Source: Centroscyllium fabricii
Lineage: Eukaryota
Direction: 5' to 3'
DNA: 64,000 nt
Assembly: GCA_051313645.2 (NCBI GenBank)
Contig: JBNRSN020000022.1
Span: 27,280,001-27,344,000 of the forward strand
The notes below the pieces were generated by a model. The model was not told where the DNA came from. It ran no database searches and saw nothing but the letters and a program-made list of their open reading frames with translations. This document shows, in pieces, positions 1 to 12,240 of the stretch. A program made the position numbers and the translations under genes. How positions within the stretch are numbered: position 1 is the stretch's first letter; every line of letters begins with the position of its first letter.

Positions 1-250
1 CCCATGGTGCTATTCTGAAGAAGAGCAGTGGAGTTCTCCCCAGTGCCCTGGCCAATATTTATCCCTCAACCAACATCACTAATACAGATTATCACATTAC
101 TATTTATGGGACATCACTGTGCACAAATTGGCTTCCGCATTTCCTACATTACAACAGCGATGAGAATTCAAAATACTTCACTGGCTGTAAAGTGCTTTGG
201 GACGTCCTGAGGTCGTGATAGGCGCTAGAGAAATGAAAGCTCTTTCTTTC
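1..250 (+). mobile_element. Deu-SINE (SacSINE1/AmnSINE-like) 3' part
   Basis: Deu-domain-like CCCTGGCCAATATTTATCCCTCAACCAACATCAC and L2-type tail CTTTGGGACGTCCTGAGG...GGCGCTA...TCTTTCTTT. A related copy sits at about 10050-10360. Confidence 0.7.
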
Positions 251-256
251 AATTAC

Positions 257-529
257 CTTTAACAATAATCTGTGACATTATTTCAATCACCCCAAGGCTG
301 GACATCGCCACGCAGGTGTAATTAGCAGACTCCCGGATACTGTTAAGCTCCAGAACATTCCGGCCAACAGGCATGTCATCTTCTGGCGTCAGATCTTCAG
401 CTCCCAGCATCCACTTCACGTAGGGCATGGGGGAGCCCACGGCAACGCAGGTAATGTTCACACTCCCACCGGGCACAATCTCTTGGCTGAGCGGAGGGCT
501 GATGGAGAACCTAGGTGGAACGCGCCGAA
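257..529 (-). CDS. PTPRS: PTPRS-like exon encoding Ig3 (273 nt)
   Basis: Reads [91 protein letters not shown]. Acceptor tccgccctcag|TT, donor AAAG|gtaatt. Confidence 0.95.
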
Positions 530-3500
530 CTGAGGGCGGAACACAGAAAGGTAACAAGCAAGAAAATGAGAGTTGGCAGCGTTCGAGAGACACAGCACAG
601 TAACAAAATGAGTCCACAGAAAGCACATTCGTAGCACAAGTGTTCAGTGACCAGTCTGAGACCCATCACAGCACATTGAGAGACACAAAAATTTATTAGT
701 TAGTTTCTCATCTTAAATGTGTTTTGGTAAGGAGGGGGGCGAGATTGTGAATTCCAGAAATACAGGCACAGGCAGAGCTCTCAGTCATGTGACATCAGCG
801 GCCATTTTTGTTTGAGCGGGTACATTATGATCTGTACCTGATGGTGGCTTTCTACAAAAGGAGAGATATAGGGGGGAGCTAAACTAGATTCCTCAACCTT
901 CAGATGATTTGCCCACCAAATTCTCCATAGTAACTAAAAGAATTGCAATGAGTTTTTGCCTTCATTATAAAAACTTTTTTTTTTTTACTAAGTATCTCCA
1001 TAAAGGAAAACATTTGTCTTTATTGAACAAAGACCATTTAAAAAAATTCTACTTAAATGTCTTCACAAAAGGGCAACGTGGGAAGAACAGTACTATTCTT
1101 TTTGTCTTAACGCTTCACTGCTTCTCATGGCAACCATCCGTCAAGGGTATGTAGTCTAGCCTTTTCATTATGTTAACTATGCATAAATTTGGACCAATTT
1201 TGATGGTCTTTCCTCCATGTTATAGTCTCTCTGCAGCTCCAAATAGAACTGCCTCCTTCAGTTGGGCAGCTTCGGATGACATCATCGGGACAGCCAGGCC
1301 AACAGGGTTGGAGTGCTATTCCAGTACAATTTCTATTGACACTGTTGATTTTTTTAAATAATTCTTCTGGTGATCTACCCATAATAGTCCTGCTCATCTA
1401 CCCTCCTAACGGGGAGCGCTATCTGCCATTAACTAATTAAATAAGGAAGATCGACATCCAGGGATAGCATAGTTGCTCCAATCATCTATCACTGTGGAAC
1501 CAGTGCCTTCCTCCTAAGAATGATGTCATCAAAAATGGACTGGTCGGTTGGCATCACTGTTGACAACTGAACAGGTAACTGGACGAGTGCCATTTGGTCC
1601 CACTTGCGAAAGAAATAAAGTCTTTCCTTCTGACTCAGAGACATGGAACTGCCAGTACAAATATACTGTGGTATAGATATACCAGTTATTTGCTACATCT
1701 CTGCTGGATGGGGTCATTCCTTAAACACCTTAAGGGCTTTCACCCAATCTGACAGTGAGCCATTGTTGAAAAAAACAATCTTGCCGAATACGTGGCTTCA
1801 TTTATCGATCAAATGCCATTTTGTGGCAATAAAGGTTTTTTTCCCTAAATTTTGTGTCTGCCGGAGTGAATGGCAGGTTTGGGGAGACTTGAGTCAATGG
1901 TTTTGGCTGCCTGATTTCATTTATTCTCAACTCATTGAAAGAGGATACACAGTTCTGATTTTTTTCTTAAAAAAGCTCTTTATGAGTCTTGTTAATATTC
2001 CCAACAGAGCTTTCTTTCCCTCTTTACCTTGGTGAAAAAAAACTGACCCGTTGTCCGGGCTCCCACCCCGTCCGCCCACAAAAAGTTCAGTTGTCCGTTG
2101 TCCGCTTAATAACAACAAAGCGACAAGCAGTCATGACCAAGATGGCGGCCTTATCCAACCCAGTCCAGTGCAACTGTTGATGGAAAATGAAAACATCGGC
2201 CACCAAATCCATTGAAAGGGGTGTAGCTGGCTGGCCAGCCAGCCACGGGAAAAGGCTGCAATTGAAGTGTGTCCATTGATTGTTATCTGTGATGGATCAG
2301 AAGTGTCCAATTGGCTGGGAACAATAAAGATGAGAAACACTAATGAAATTTTTGTGGTGCAGGTATATCGACTGTACGAAGCCTTTTCAAGATATTACAA
2401 GGATCCATCAAATAGATGCATCTATCAGTTCACAGACACCATGCAGAAGGTAGAGAGATATATAAATATATATATGCACATAGGAATATATAACTGGAGG
2501 ATCGCTAGCATGCCCAGACGGATTGGGGAGGGACCCACTTCAATGCTGCGTTACTTCCAGCCGATGTGACAGAATGTGGTGGCTCACATTGTCACATCGC
2601 AGCAGTCCTGGCAGAAAAAGGAAAACAAATAATAATAATAAATAAAAAATAAAAACTATAAAAGAAATGTTGACTACACCAACAGGTAGTGCATCTCCTT
2701 TGCTTGGAAGTGGATGCAGCCTCAAGACCTTACACAGTCGAACATGGATGCACATGGGACGAGACAGAGTTGCGGCATGGACAACATATGGGGGAGAGAA
2801 GGGGGGGGGAGAAAAGGGACACTGGAGGTTCTCATGCAGACACAGGCAAGGGAATGGGTACAAAAGGACTTGCCAGTAGTGACAGCCAGAGAGAGATAGA
2901 GAGAGAGAGGGGGGGGGGGGAAAGAGGGGGGTAACTGTTCAGGCACAGGTACTGCACGCACCAATATTAGGCCTGTGCCACACTCACATCCCCGATCCAC
3001 AAGTACAGGCCCACTTTAAGAAACGCACAGAATCATAAACATGGAGAGGTCCCACGCTTTCGCGTAAATTGCTCTCAGGTTTTTCTTTTTTTTTTGCACA
3101 CTTAAATCATAATGGCATGCCACTTTACACCAGTTCCTAAATATTCACCCATAAAGTGCCACCAATATGGCATATTTTGGTTGTCCATGTTCCATCTGCA
3201 ACAGTCTCCAAAATCATGTCAAGTTTTTTATCCCCTCATCTCCCTGTGCTAACTCTGGCCACAATGAACGTAGGTGGAATGCTATGAGGGTGGTACAGGG
3301 GCCCCTTTCAGTCTCCTTTCACGTCTTGAAGCCAGACTTTTCATTTAGCATTGATCATGGTCTTCGATATAAAACGGACGGCTGCTGAGTCCCAAGTGAA
3401 AGGGGCTTGAGCAGTTATCATTGGAATACTAGGCAGCAGACTGGCCTGCCAATGTACATTGATAATAAATGACACAATTTTTCTAAAAACCCAAGGTCAC

Positions 3501-5496
3501 CCATCAGTGATAAACTTGTCCACATTTGCCTCCACAGATGGGTGACTATTTGGCTTTTATACCCTTTGTGTAAATTGTTAATTATGGCCATCAGGCTGTG
3601 ATATTGGTCACATAACTTGAAAATGATTAATGAATCATTGTAATTGGGCAATCTATCACCCCTAGCAACACAGAACTGGATTGCCATGGGGGTTGAATTT
3701 GACTGCTGTTCAAATGCAATGCACCTTAAGAGGAGACATTTACCACCCCTGGCCAGGCTATTATTGTGCACTTCAGGACTGTTGAATGACTGATATCTTT
3801 GGCAGAGGGAGAAACCGAGCTGGGATATCTTTCCCCGTGAAAACATTCCCTTGCCTTCTTTTGTTGGCCAGCTTGATCGAGATCCCACAATCAGTCAGGT
3901 CATGAATGGAGGCACATGTAGGAGCCAAGGGCCAGAAGTGAAGGGCGGACAAGCCCCAAGCGGCCTCGGGTTATGTTATTAGTGGCACTGCTGTGAGCAA
4001 AGTCAGTGTGGGTCACTTCCAAATGATTTGCAGGAAGAGATGTTGGAATGGCACTGTCAGGGTCATGGGAGATGGTACCCATTCCCACAACCATGGAATG
4101 TGTATGGCACAGGACGAATGGGAAAAAGAGAAAGTAACTGTAAATAAAGGAGGACTCCTCGCACCAAACAGAAAGCAGTGTTCCTATGATCTAATTTTTC
4201 GATGTCTTTTGTTTGTATTTCATAATTTGAGAAGTTAAAGCAAAGGGGCAATACCTCATGCCAAGGGCATGAGAAACATTGGGATACACCCGCAAACAAA
4301 CTTCAGATTTCTGTTTCTGAATTATGGATTCTTGTTTCCCCAGCGCCACGATCACTTTTATAATACACCCGCAGAGGTCCCCTGTAACTGGACTATACTG
4401 GAATGGGCAGAGTTGGTGCGGAGTCAATTGATCAAAGCCGCCAAATTCAGATCCTCAAACCATTTTGCTCCTTGGCCCTACCCATGGTCCCTTGTTAAAG
4501 GGCAGTGCCAACCTCGTTTCTCTGACTATGGCACATACAGCGCTACATGAATAAATAGAAAAGACAAGATTCGCGTGGCTTGCGAGCAACCAGGCTCATG
4601 CTTGCTGAGGAGTTATAAGGTGACATTGAGTGGGACAATATTTCCCAATCTAACTGGCGAAAACGAAACCCCTGCCCGTCCCAATCATCCTCTTGCAGAT
4701 ACAACATGGACGTCAAAAAGTGGTTGGCTTATCAGCGGTGGACAGTGTGGTAAGCGGACAGTCCTACAACGGACGCGCCACAGCAAAGCCACATGGTCCT
4801 CGCATCTTTCGTATTGGACTATTACCACCAGCAAGCACCGGATGGGAGAGGCTCCAGGAACTTACACGTACAAGATACAGTTCGCAAAGAGACGCAGAGG
4901 TCGAATGTGAGATGCATACACTGAGTTACCATGGTGATTGAGGAGGGGGAGGGGGGGGTACAGAACTGGCAGTAAATTAAAGAGAAGCACCATCAATCTG
5001 TTTGTGATTGAGACGACAGGGACATGTGGATCAAGGCTTGAGGGAAACAACTACCGAACCCAAAGATCGAAAAGAACGTCAAAAATGGCAGAAGGGAGGG
5101 AAGACGAGTGAAGGAGCTGAAGGAGATACACTTGCAAAACATAGTAGAAACTCATCCACCTTAAAAAGGGAACGCTTCTGTAGAGGGCACTAAAAGAGAA
5201 CTAGAAGTCGTATATTTGTAGCACTTAATACAGCCAAAAACACAGGCAATTTAAAAAATGAATTTCTACAAATGAGTAGCGCATTTTAATGAGGCAATGG
5301 CAGTGCCAGAGAATATTTCAATCGATTTCCTTCCCTCCCCCTGACCCCCACCCCCCCCCCCCCAGCCTAACAGGAAATAAAATCAAAAAATAACTGAGGC
5401 AGGTTTTGTTGTTCAACTGTTTTTGTTAATATTTGTTCACATTTTTATGCACAGTATTTTATTTTAATTAATTCTGTGCGTTTGTATTGGAGGGGG

Positions 5497-5812
5497 TGTG
5501 TGTGTCTATATCAATATGTGCGCTTGTGCAAGCATCTGTGCCTATAGGTGTGTGTGCTTGTATAGGTTTGTGTGCTTGTAAAGATGTGTGTATAGCAGTA
5601 TATATGTCCATGTGTAGGTGTGCACCTGTTTAGGTTCCAGTGTGAGTATGTGCGTGTGTCGGTGTGCATCTGTGTAGGTCTCAGTGTCTATGTGCATATT
5701 GTGTGTGCAGATGAGTGCCTGTGTAGGTTTGTGTGTCAGTGTACATGTGTCTACATTTATATTTATGTGTGCGCAGGTATGTGTCTGTGTTTGTGCCGAT
5801 GCAGGTGTGCAC
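5497..5812. repeat. Degenerate (TG)n low-complexity tract
   Basis: Run of tgtgtg/gtgc/tata variants. Confidence 0.85.
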
Positions 5813-6685
5813 AGAGAGAATCCTGTTCCATTATTCATGTTCTTTGTGTAATCTGAAGTTGATGGATTGTTCATGCTCGGGGAGAGGACAGAGTCCGGTT
5901 CAGATTACACCAGGAAGGGGACAGTCATCATACAGCCAAAGGATACAGGGATAAAAGTGCTGATCAAGGAAGAGGCAGCTCCTGGTTTTGTGGTCAGGTT
6001 TTTAACAAATTGTTGTGCTCAGTTCTTTTAGGCAGATGTACTAAAACCTTTAAAGCAGAAAGGTCCCCCCCTCTAATGACCTTTAGTTCACAAAAGCATT
6101 TAGCACAACATACTGCCCGGGCCCATAAAAGTCTTTGGGTAACAGCAGAGCTCAGGTAAGCAAAATCAATGAGATACTGCTGCGAATCTTCATTTAATGG
6201 GATCACCTTTACCACCCCTGACACACAGGTCACAGCACTTCACACACGTTCGTGTGTCTGTTATGGAGACAACAGGAGTCCCTCTATCTTTGGCTGAATT
6301 AGCCATATTCTGAAGAACTAATGACCAAGTAACAGCTGGATATCACATCTCCATCTCAAGCAATGTCAAACTCAATGGCAACCAGAAGTGGAGAGTAGAA
6401 GACGGTGTTCAAGCCGCAAATGGACAGACTCCATGCACAAAGTAAGAAGCATAGGATTAATGAGTCTGCAGAACAGCTTCAAAATAAATGTGGAGCACGT
6501 CAAAAATAATTTGCTTTAAGGGTTCATTTTCTATTTTACCAAATTTCTCCCATCACCCATGTGGGCACGTGGAGAATGGGGTGTGGGTGAAGTGAACCTG
6601 TTCGATTGTTGAGGGCAACATTCCAAATGTCCTGGATAAACTCAGCAGGCCAGGCAGCATCCGTGGTGAGAGAAACAGAGTTTAA

Positions 6686-7499
6686 GGGGGTGATTTCCCC
6701 GGAGGTGTGGGAACCTGGCAGGGACTGGTCGGGGCGGGTTCCTGTCCCACCCGCCCAAGGGCCTGGAAAGCCGATGCTATTTTTCTTTAATTGCTCAATT
6801 AAATCCCCGCGTGCGGGGAGCCTCTGTTAATTGCCTCAGTCGAGTCGGCAATTACGGAGCTCCAGCGGGATTCTAGGAGGTTGACAGATAGCTGCGAGGA
6901 CTGTGTGTTTACAGTTCCCATGGAAACACTCCACTGTGACATCACAGTGGAGTGCAACCAATGGGAAAGGCCAAGTGCTCTGAGTGACATGTGGGCGGGT
7001 GGGCGGGCTGCAAATCTTTGACAGCTAGGGACCGCCTGTCACTGGAGCAGTCAATGGAGCTGTCAGGTAAGATTTTTAAGTTTTTCCCACAGCTGGTCTT
7101 CACCCAGTCACTTACACCTCCAGGGTTTTGAAGGGCTGAAAAGCATTTTGCTCTAGACCCTTCAACACCTTGAAGGAGAAAGTTACCAAGACCACTGTGC
7201 TCCTGCTGGGTTTCACCAGCGGGGTTTTAGGATGGCGGGGTTTGGGTGGGAAGGGGTGGAAAATAGGTGAGGGCCCTTAAAATGGCATTCGGCAGACCAA
7301 TTAAGGGCCATCGACTACTTTAACTAGCATCCCCGCCGGCGGTGCGTGGTAAAGTTTTGGGACGGCGGGACACGCCGCCCGAAACTTACAAGCCGGCGGC
7401 GATCCAGCGGCAGGGGTGGGTGGGACTCCCCCGGTTCTGCGATTTTAGGCCCCGCCCCACCGGATCGCCGCCCTCCCAGATCGAAGAAAATTCCCCCCC
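6686..7499 (+). mobile_element. About 0.8-kb non-autonomous DNA element (PIF/Harbinger-like MITE), family A, copy 1
   Basis: Ends GGGGGTGATTT...AAAATTCCCCC. Body is colinear with six other copies in the window. Confidence 0.85.
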
Positions 7500-7650
7500 A
7501 ACGTTTCAGGTCGATGACGCTTCGCCTGACGAAGGGTCATCGACCTGAAACGTTAACTCTGCTTCTCTCTCCACGGATGCGGCCTGGCCTGCTGAGTTTT
7601 TCCAGCATTTTCTGTCGTTATTTTGGATTTCCAGCATCCGCAGTATTTTG
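7500..7650 (+). mobile_element. Penelope-like element terminal fragment with inverted end and minimal hammerhead core
   Basis: Inverted repeat at 7500-7554. Core CTGACGA-AGGGTC-ATC-GACCT-GAAACGTT. Related copies at 45062-45190 and about 30950-31040. Confidence 0.7.
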
Positions 7651-8264
7651 CTATCCTACCAAATGTGTTCCTGTCCTCAGCCAATGTCGATGCGAGCGTA
7701 CTGTCCTGCAGAGCCTCAAGAAATGTTCTGCCATGAATTTTCCCCTCCTTTAACCTGGGGCCTCTAAGGCCAAGTGTAACATCCCTACTGCTGGCCCACC
7801 TTAATCAGCTCACTCAGCCCAGAACCGAGGGCCTGCCTGCTCTGTCTGACTCACTGCAACACTGAGACAGCATACACCCACTGCAACATGTTGGCATGCA
7901 ACGTGGTGCAGACAAGTCATGTGGTGATGTAAACCACATTGCATGTGCGTGTGATCATGCCAGGGTGACAAAGAAGCTACAGGAGTGAAGGAATGGGAAT
8001 TGGTAAGGAGATTCTTCGCACATTGGTGCCACTCATGGAGCCATTTTGTGCATTGTGGAAAGATCAGATTCTACTGGAATCTATTCTGTGCAGTAATTCA
8101 GGTCCAACCCAGTCCTGGGACTCCTGGAAATGTGTGGAATGTTGGGTCCAAAATCTTGATATATCCTAAGTGACATAGGAGGCCAGTTTACACTACCTGT
8201 ACCATACTTTAGTTCAGATTCCAGGAGCTCAGCACCCTTGAGCCAGTTCCCTACATTTACACTG

Positions 8265-9584
8265 GTAAACTGAATTCCCTTATCCTAGCAGCAGAATCAC
8301 GGGTCCTGATGTTGACAAGGGCGGGTTGTGTAGGCGGAGTGGCGGTGGGGCGGAGTTCCGGACTGGAAACCGGGAAGTTCGGGTTTCCTGAATGCTGTGG
8401 AGTTTTAACATTTCGTTGACATTTTCTTTGATTGACAGACTTGCCTTCCAGTCGGGCGGGGAGCACTCGGAGCAGGGCTCAACCGCAGGTAAAAGCTTGC
8501 AGCTGCTAACGGGAGCGTGGGGGGGGGAGGTGGGGGTGCGGGGTCCAATCGCTGACTCGAAGTGTCTTTCTATGGGGGGGGGGGGGCGGGGATCTGATGG
8601 GGGGGATGTCTTATCCCTGGGGGGGGAGCACTCCTGCTCCTCCTGGCCCACAAGCAGTGCTGTAAAAGCACTTACCTTCTCCCCAAAGCTGTCCTCGCCT
8701 GCCTTGAGCTGCCGAGTTTCCAGAGGCCTGGGTAATCAGGAGAACCAGGGTAATCCGGACAGCCAGGGTTAAACCTGCAATGCAGGTTAAATGGGAGGCT
8801 TCCTGTCTCATTAGGATATTTAAATTGCCAACCCACCTCCTGGGAGCGGGTTGCCTGCCCGCCCCCCCTCGTCCCACATACGTTAAAGCTGGAAGTGGGC
8901 GGGTTGGGGTCGGGTTTGAGAGTTTAAGGGGGAAGAATTGGGTTGTGCCCCATTTGGGGCGTTAACCTCGGAAATTAGCACCCCGAAAAAGTTAGTGCCG
9001 TTCCACCATAATTTGGGTTTTAGCGCCCCAAGTAGGAACGCCACCTTGTTCCTTGGGCGCAACAACTGAAGTTCGGACCACTGTGGGTCGCTGCGCCACG
9101 CTCTGCAGATGCCGCGCCGCGGTACTGCAGGCCTCCCTCCCCTTCTTAAAGGGGAGTGGCCTAGCGTGGCGCAGCCCGGAGCCCTGCTGGACCGCCGGGG
9201 GTCGGAGTGCCGCCAAAGCAAGAAAAATGGCCGCCCGCCACCCCCCCTTTAAATAGTGCTGGCCTGGCTGCAACTGCGTCTCCCTGACCCTGTCGGTGAC
9301 AGCGTCCGGCACTAAGTCAGGGGGCGCGAGTGAAGTTCGAGGCTGGGATGCGAGCGAGGCATTGCGCGGTGGTGCAGCGCCACGGGGCATACCCGCGGCC
9401 GCAGCCGCCAACGCCCCACTGAATATAACGGGAGGCGCCAGCCCAGGCGTCAGGTACCTTGTGCCCCATTAGCAGCCCTCTCAAGGTGCTAACGGCTGGC
9501 GCAAGCCACCCAATATTTCCCCCTAAAAATTTAACATCTCACCCGATCCCAACCCACCTTTTTTGAGGGGTTAAATTTCACACC
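8265..9584. mobile_element. Older GC-rich non-autonomous element interrupted by a Harbinger-like MITE
   Basis: The palindrome GGGTTGGGGTCGGGTTTGAGA...TCTCACCCGATCCCAACCC is split by the 8928-9523 insert. Outer boundaries are approximate. Confidence 0.5.
8928..9523. mobile_element. PIF/Harbinger-like MITE, family B
   Basis: TIRs GGGGGAAGAATTGGGT / ACCCAATATTTCCCCC with a 3-bp TAA target-site duplication (8925-8927, 9524-9526). Confidence 0.85.
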
Positions 9585-10019
9585 ATGGACCCAGAAACAT
9601 GCCTAGAGTTACTCTACAACAAATTACAGTTATAGAGCAGGATTCCTTTTTGCTTCTCAATGACCCAACTTCAGACAAATCTAGAATGAAATAACCAACT
9701 TCTCAAGCCTACAGGACACTGATCACATATCACGAGCTGAATATAATGTTCAAAGGTCCCCAACTCAGATCAAAGCGAGGAAGGGCGAAGGGGCGGGAGA
9801 AAGGAGCCAGAGGGAAGTAGGTTTGTCCTGGTTTTATCGGGTATTGTAGGGTTTATATTCAGTCAGACATGAAAGGTAGTCTAGCCAGAGATGCCACCCA
9901 TTAAGCTTCAACCCTGTTCCCAACCAGACATTTCTGATCATGTAATTAAAGACCATCCACGGTAGTGCCTGTTGATGCCACTCCCACCTTTGTGGGTTCA
10001 AGCAGCACTTGAGTAAATA

Positions 10020-10360
10020 ATCTAGGCTGACACTTCAATGCAGGAACGAGGGAGTGCTGCATGTTCAGAGTTGCTGTCCTTCAGACTGAGGTCCCATATG
10101 CCTGTTTGGGTGGGTGTTAAAGATCCCATTGCACTATTTCGAAGAAGGGGAGGGAGTTCTCCCAGTGCCCTGACCAATATTTCTCCCTCAACCAACACCA
10201 GCAAATTTAGACCAATTCATTGCTGCTTGTGGGATCTCACTGGCTGCCATATTTGCCTATATATCGATCGCTGCACATGAAAGTAAATCTATCGTATGTG
10301 AAGAGCTTTGCGGTGGTTTCAAGAGAAGTGACAAGATGCTCCATGAATGCAAGTAATTTT
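10020..10360 (+). mobile_element. Deu-SINE (SacSINE1-like), diverged
   Basis: Shares the Deu-domain and tail sequence with 1-250. Confidence 0.65.
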
Positions 10361-12240
10361 TCTGTCCAGGAGGCAGGCTGTGTTATAGAGACATGCAAGG
10401 TCGATTCTCACTGTGAACAGCATTGTGGTAATAATTTGATCAGCCAGTGCTCATTATCATGTAACATCATATGTGATGATGCGTGCTTTATCCTGAGACT
10501 TGCTGTTATGACTTCTACATCCAATCCCTTTTAAAACAAAGTTACAGAAATAATTATGACAAGGCCTCAGGGAAGGGTTTAATGATTGGTTCATTTCAGA
10601 AACTTGAAGAACTTAAGGCAGTGAAAGAAAGACGCTGGCTTCAGTTTCCATTGTGTTTTGCGAGTGTTCATCTTTCAAAAGAAAAAAACGTAATTAATTT
10701 TGTTTTAAATTGGATGGGGAAGGGAATAAAGAGTGCTCTAGACTATTCCTTTGAAAGCGTGGCAACACTGTTTAGATGATTCCGAGCCCTGATTCACAGA
10801 AGAATGTGACAGTGAGTACATTCAGGGAGGGACGGGTGGTGGCGGGGTAGTAGGGAGAAGAGGGAGGGACGTCATCACCAAATAACCTCCACAAGGCAAG
10901 CTACACTGCACCAGACACCAAAGCGCCAATGAGCAAGAAGGCACAGATTATCTGCCATTTTGGCAAGAGCCATAATCTGTGCCAAAATGTTGAAAAGCCA
11001 CAATAATTTGCATCTTCCAGTTCATTACTACAATTAGATTACACCAACCCACTGAGAAGGGGGGGGGGGCTCTGCTTGTATATATAGATGTATAGATATA
11101 AAACTCCACTGGCCTGAGTTACAGGCGCTACAAGGGAGAATGTAAATTAGAACCATGAACCAGCATTTCAAGCACTTCACAAACAAAGGCTCTTTTAAAA
11201 TGGGGTTGGGCGAACCTCGCTCAAAGTGGCCTCCAATGGCAAAATCTGTCACCATGCTGAAACACACAGCACAAGGAGACCAGAGATGCTCGAAAAGGGG
11301 TTTCAGATCAAAGCTGAATGCTGATTCTGACTGACTCTTGTCGGTGATTTCCAGATGGCACTGGGATATTCCACTATTATTGGACAGCCCAATACTAGCA
11401 GTCGGGGGATAGATGTGGAAGGTGTTGGGTAAGGTTAGCCTCTTAGTTTGTTTGGAAAGCCTCATTATTACAGGTTAAACAGACACAAAGACAGCCACTG
11501 TATTCCTTCTAGTGCGGTGGCGAACTGGTTTGAATTGGGGCCTGGACTTCAGAAGGTGTAATCTAATCAATTGGAAGACAAGGAAGAGCCGTGCGGGATA
11601 GCAAGAGTAAAGACAGGCAGACATAGAGAGAGTTCAACATACCAGACAGCTCAGTGTTCCCACTGCACAAAGTGTGTTCTGATGCATGATGATAACTACC
11701 TGATACAGAGTCCTTTGGCGTTGATTTTCTGACATTCAAAAGTCTTATTTACTCCACAAAAAATGACTTTCACACCCATTTAACACTCGCTTTGTAAACA
11801 GAAACCCCATGTGAGCAACACTTGAATCTAACTCCAACTACTGTAAGTCACACCATCATAAGGCTCCTCTCGAGTGTCCTATCAAAAGAACCTTAAAGGA
11901 ATGGCCTTATTCAAAAATGAAGATGGAGATATAAATTTGTCTCTGATTACAACTAGTTAACGGTAATCACCAGCTTCATTGCAATCGTGAGTGGCACCTT
12001 CACAATTCACTCCTGAAACTATCACTGGTAGATTAAAGGGTGGCCTTTTTGCTTGTGGACTCAAATTGTACCACTGTTCCTTGCTCGTGTACCCTCCATG
12101 CAATCAAGGTCAATCATCAGGCCTGTCCATTTACCCAGATCAAATGGACAGTGCCACGCAATTCTGCTTTACTTTGTCTTGCCTCCCATCTGAGCTTTGG
12201 CTCCAGTTTTGCCCTCAGGGAGTTTGGTCGTCTGAGGTAA

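Noticed and set aside
249-626. ORF 249-626 (and 32342-32587, 49145-49393) as standalone genes
   Set aside because: Each is an internal exon plus intronic read-through, and splice sites define the true limits.
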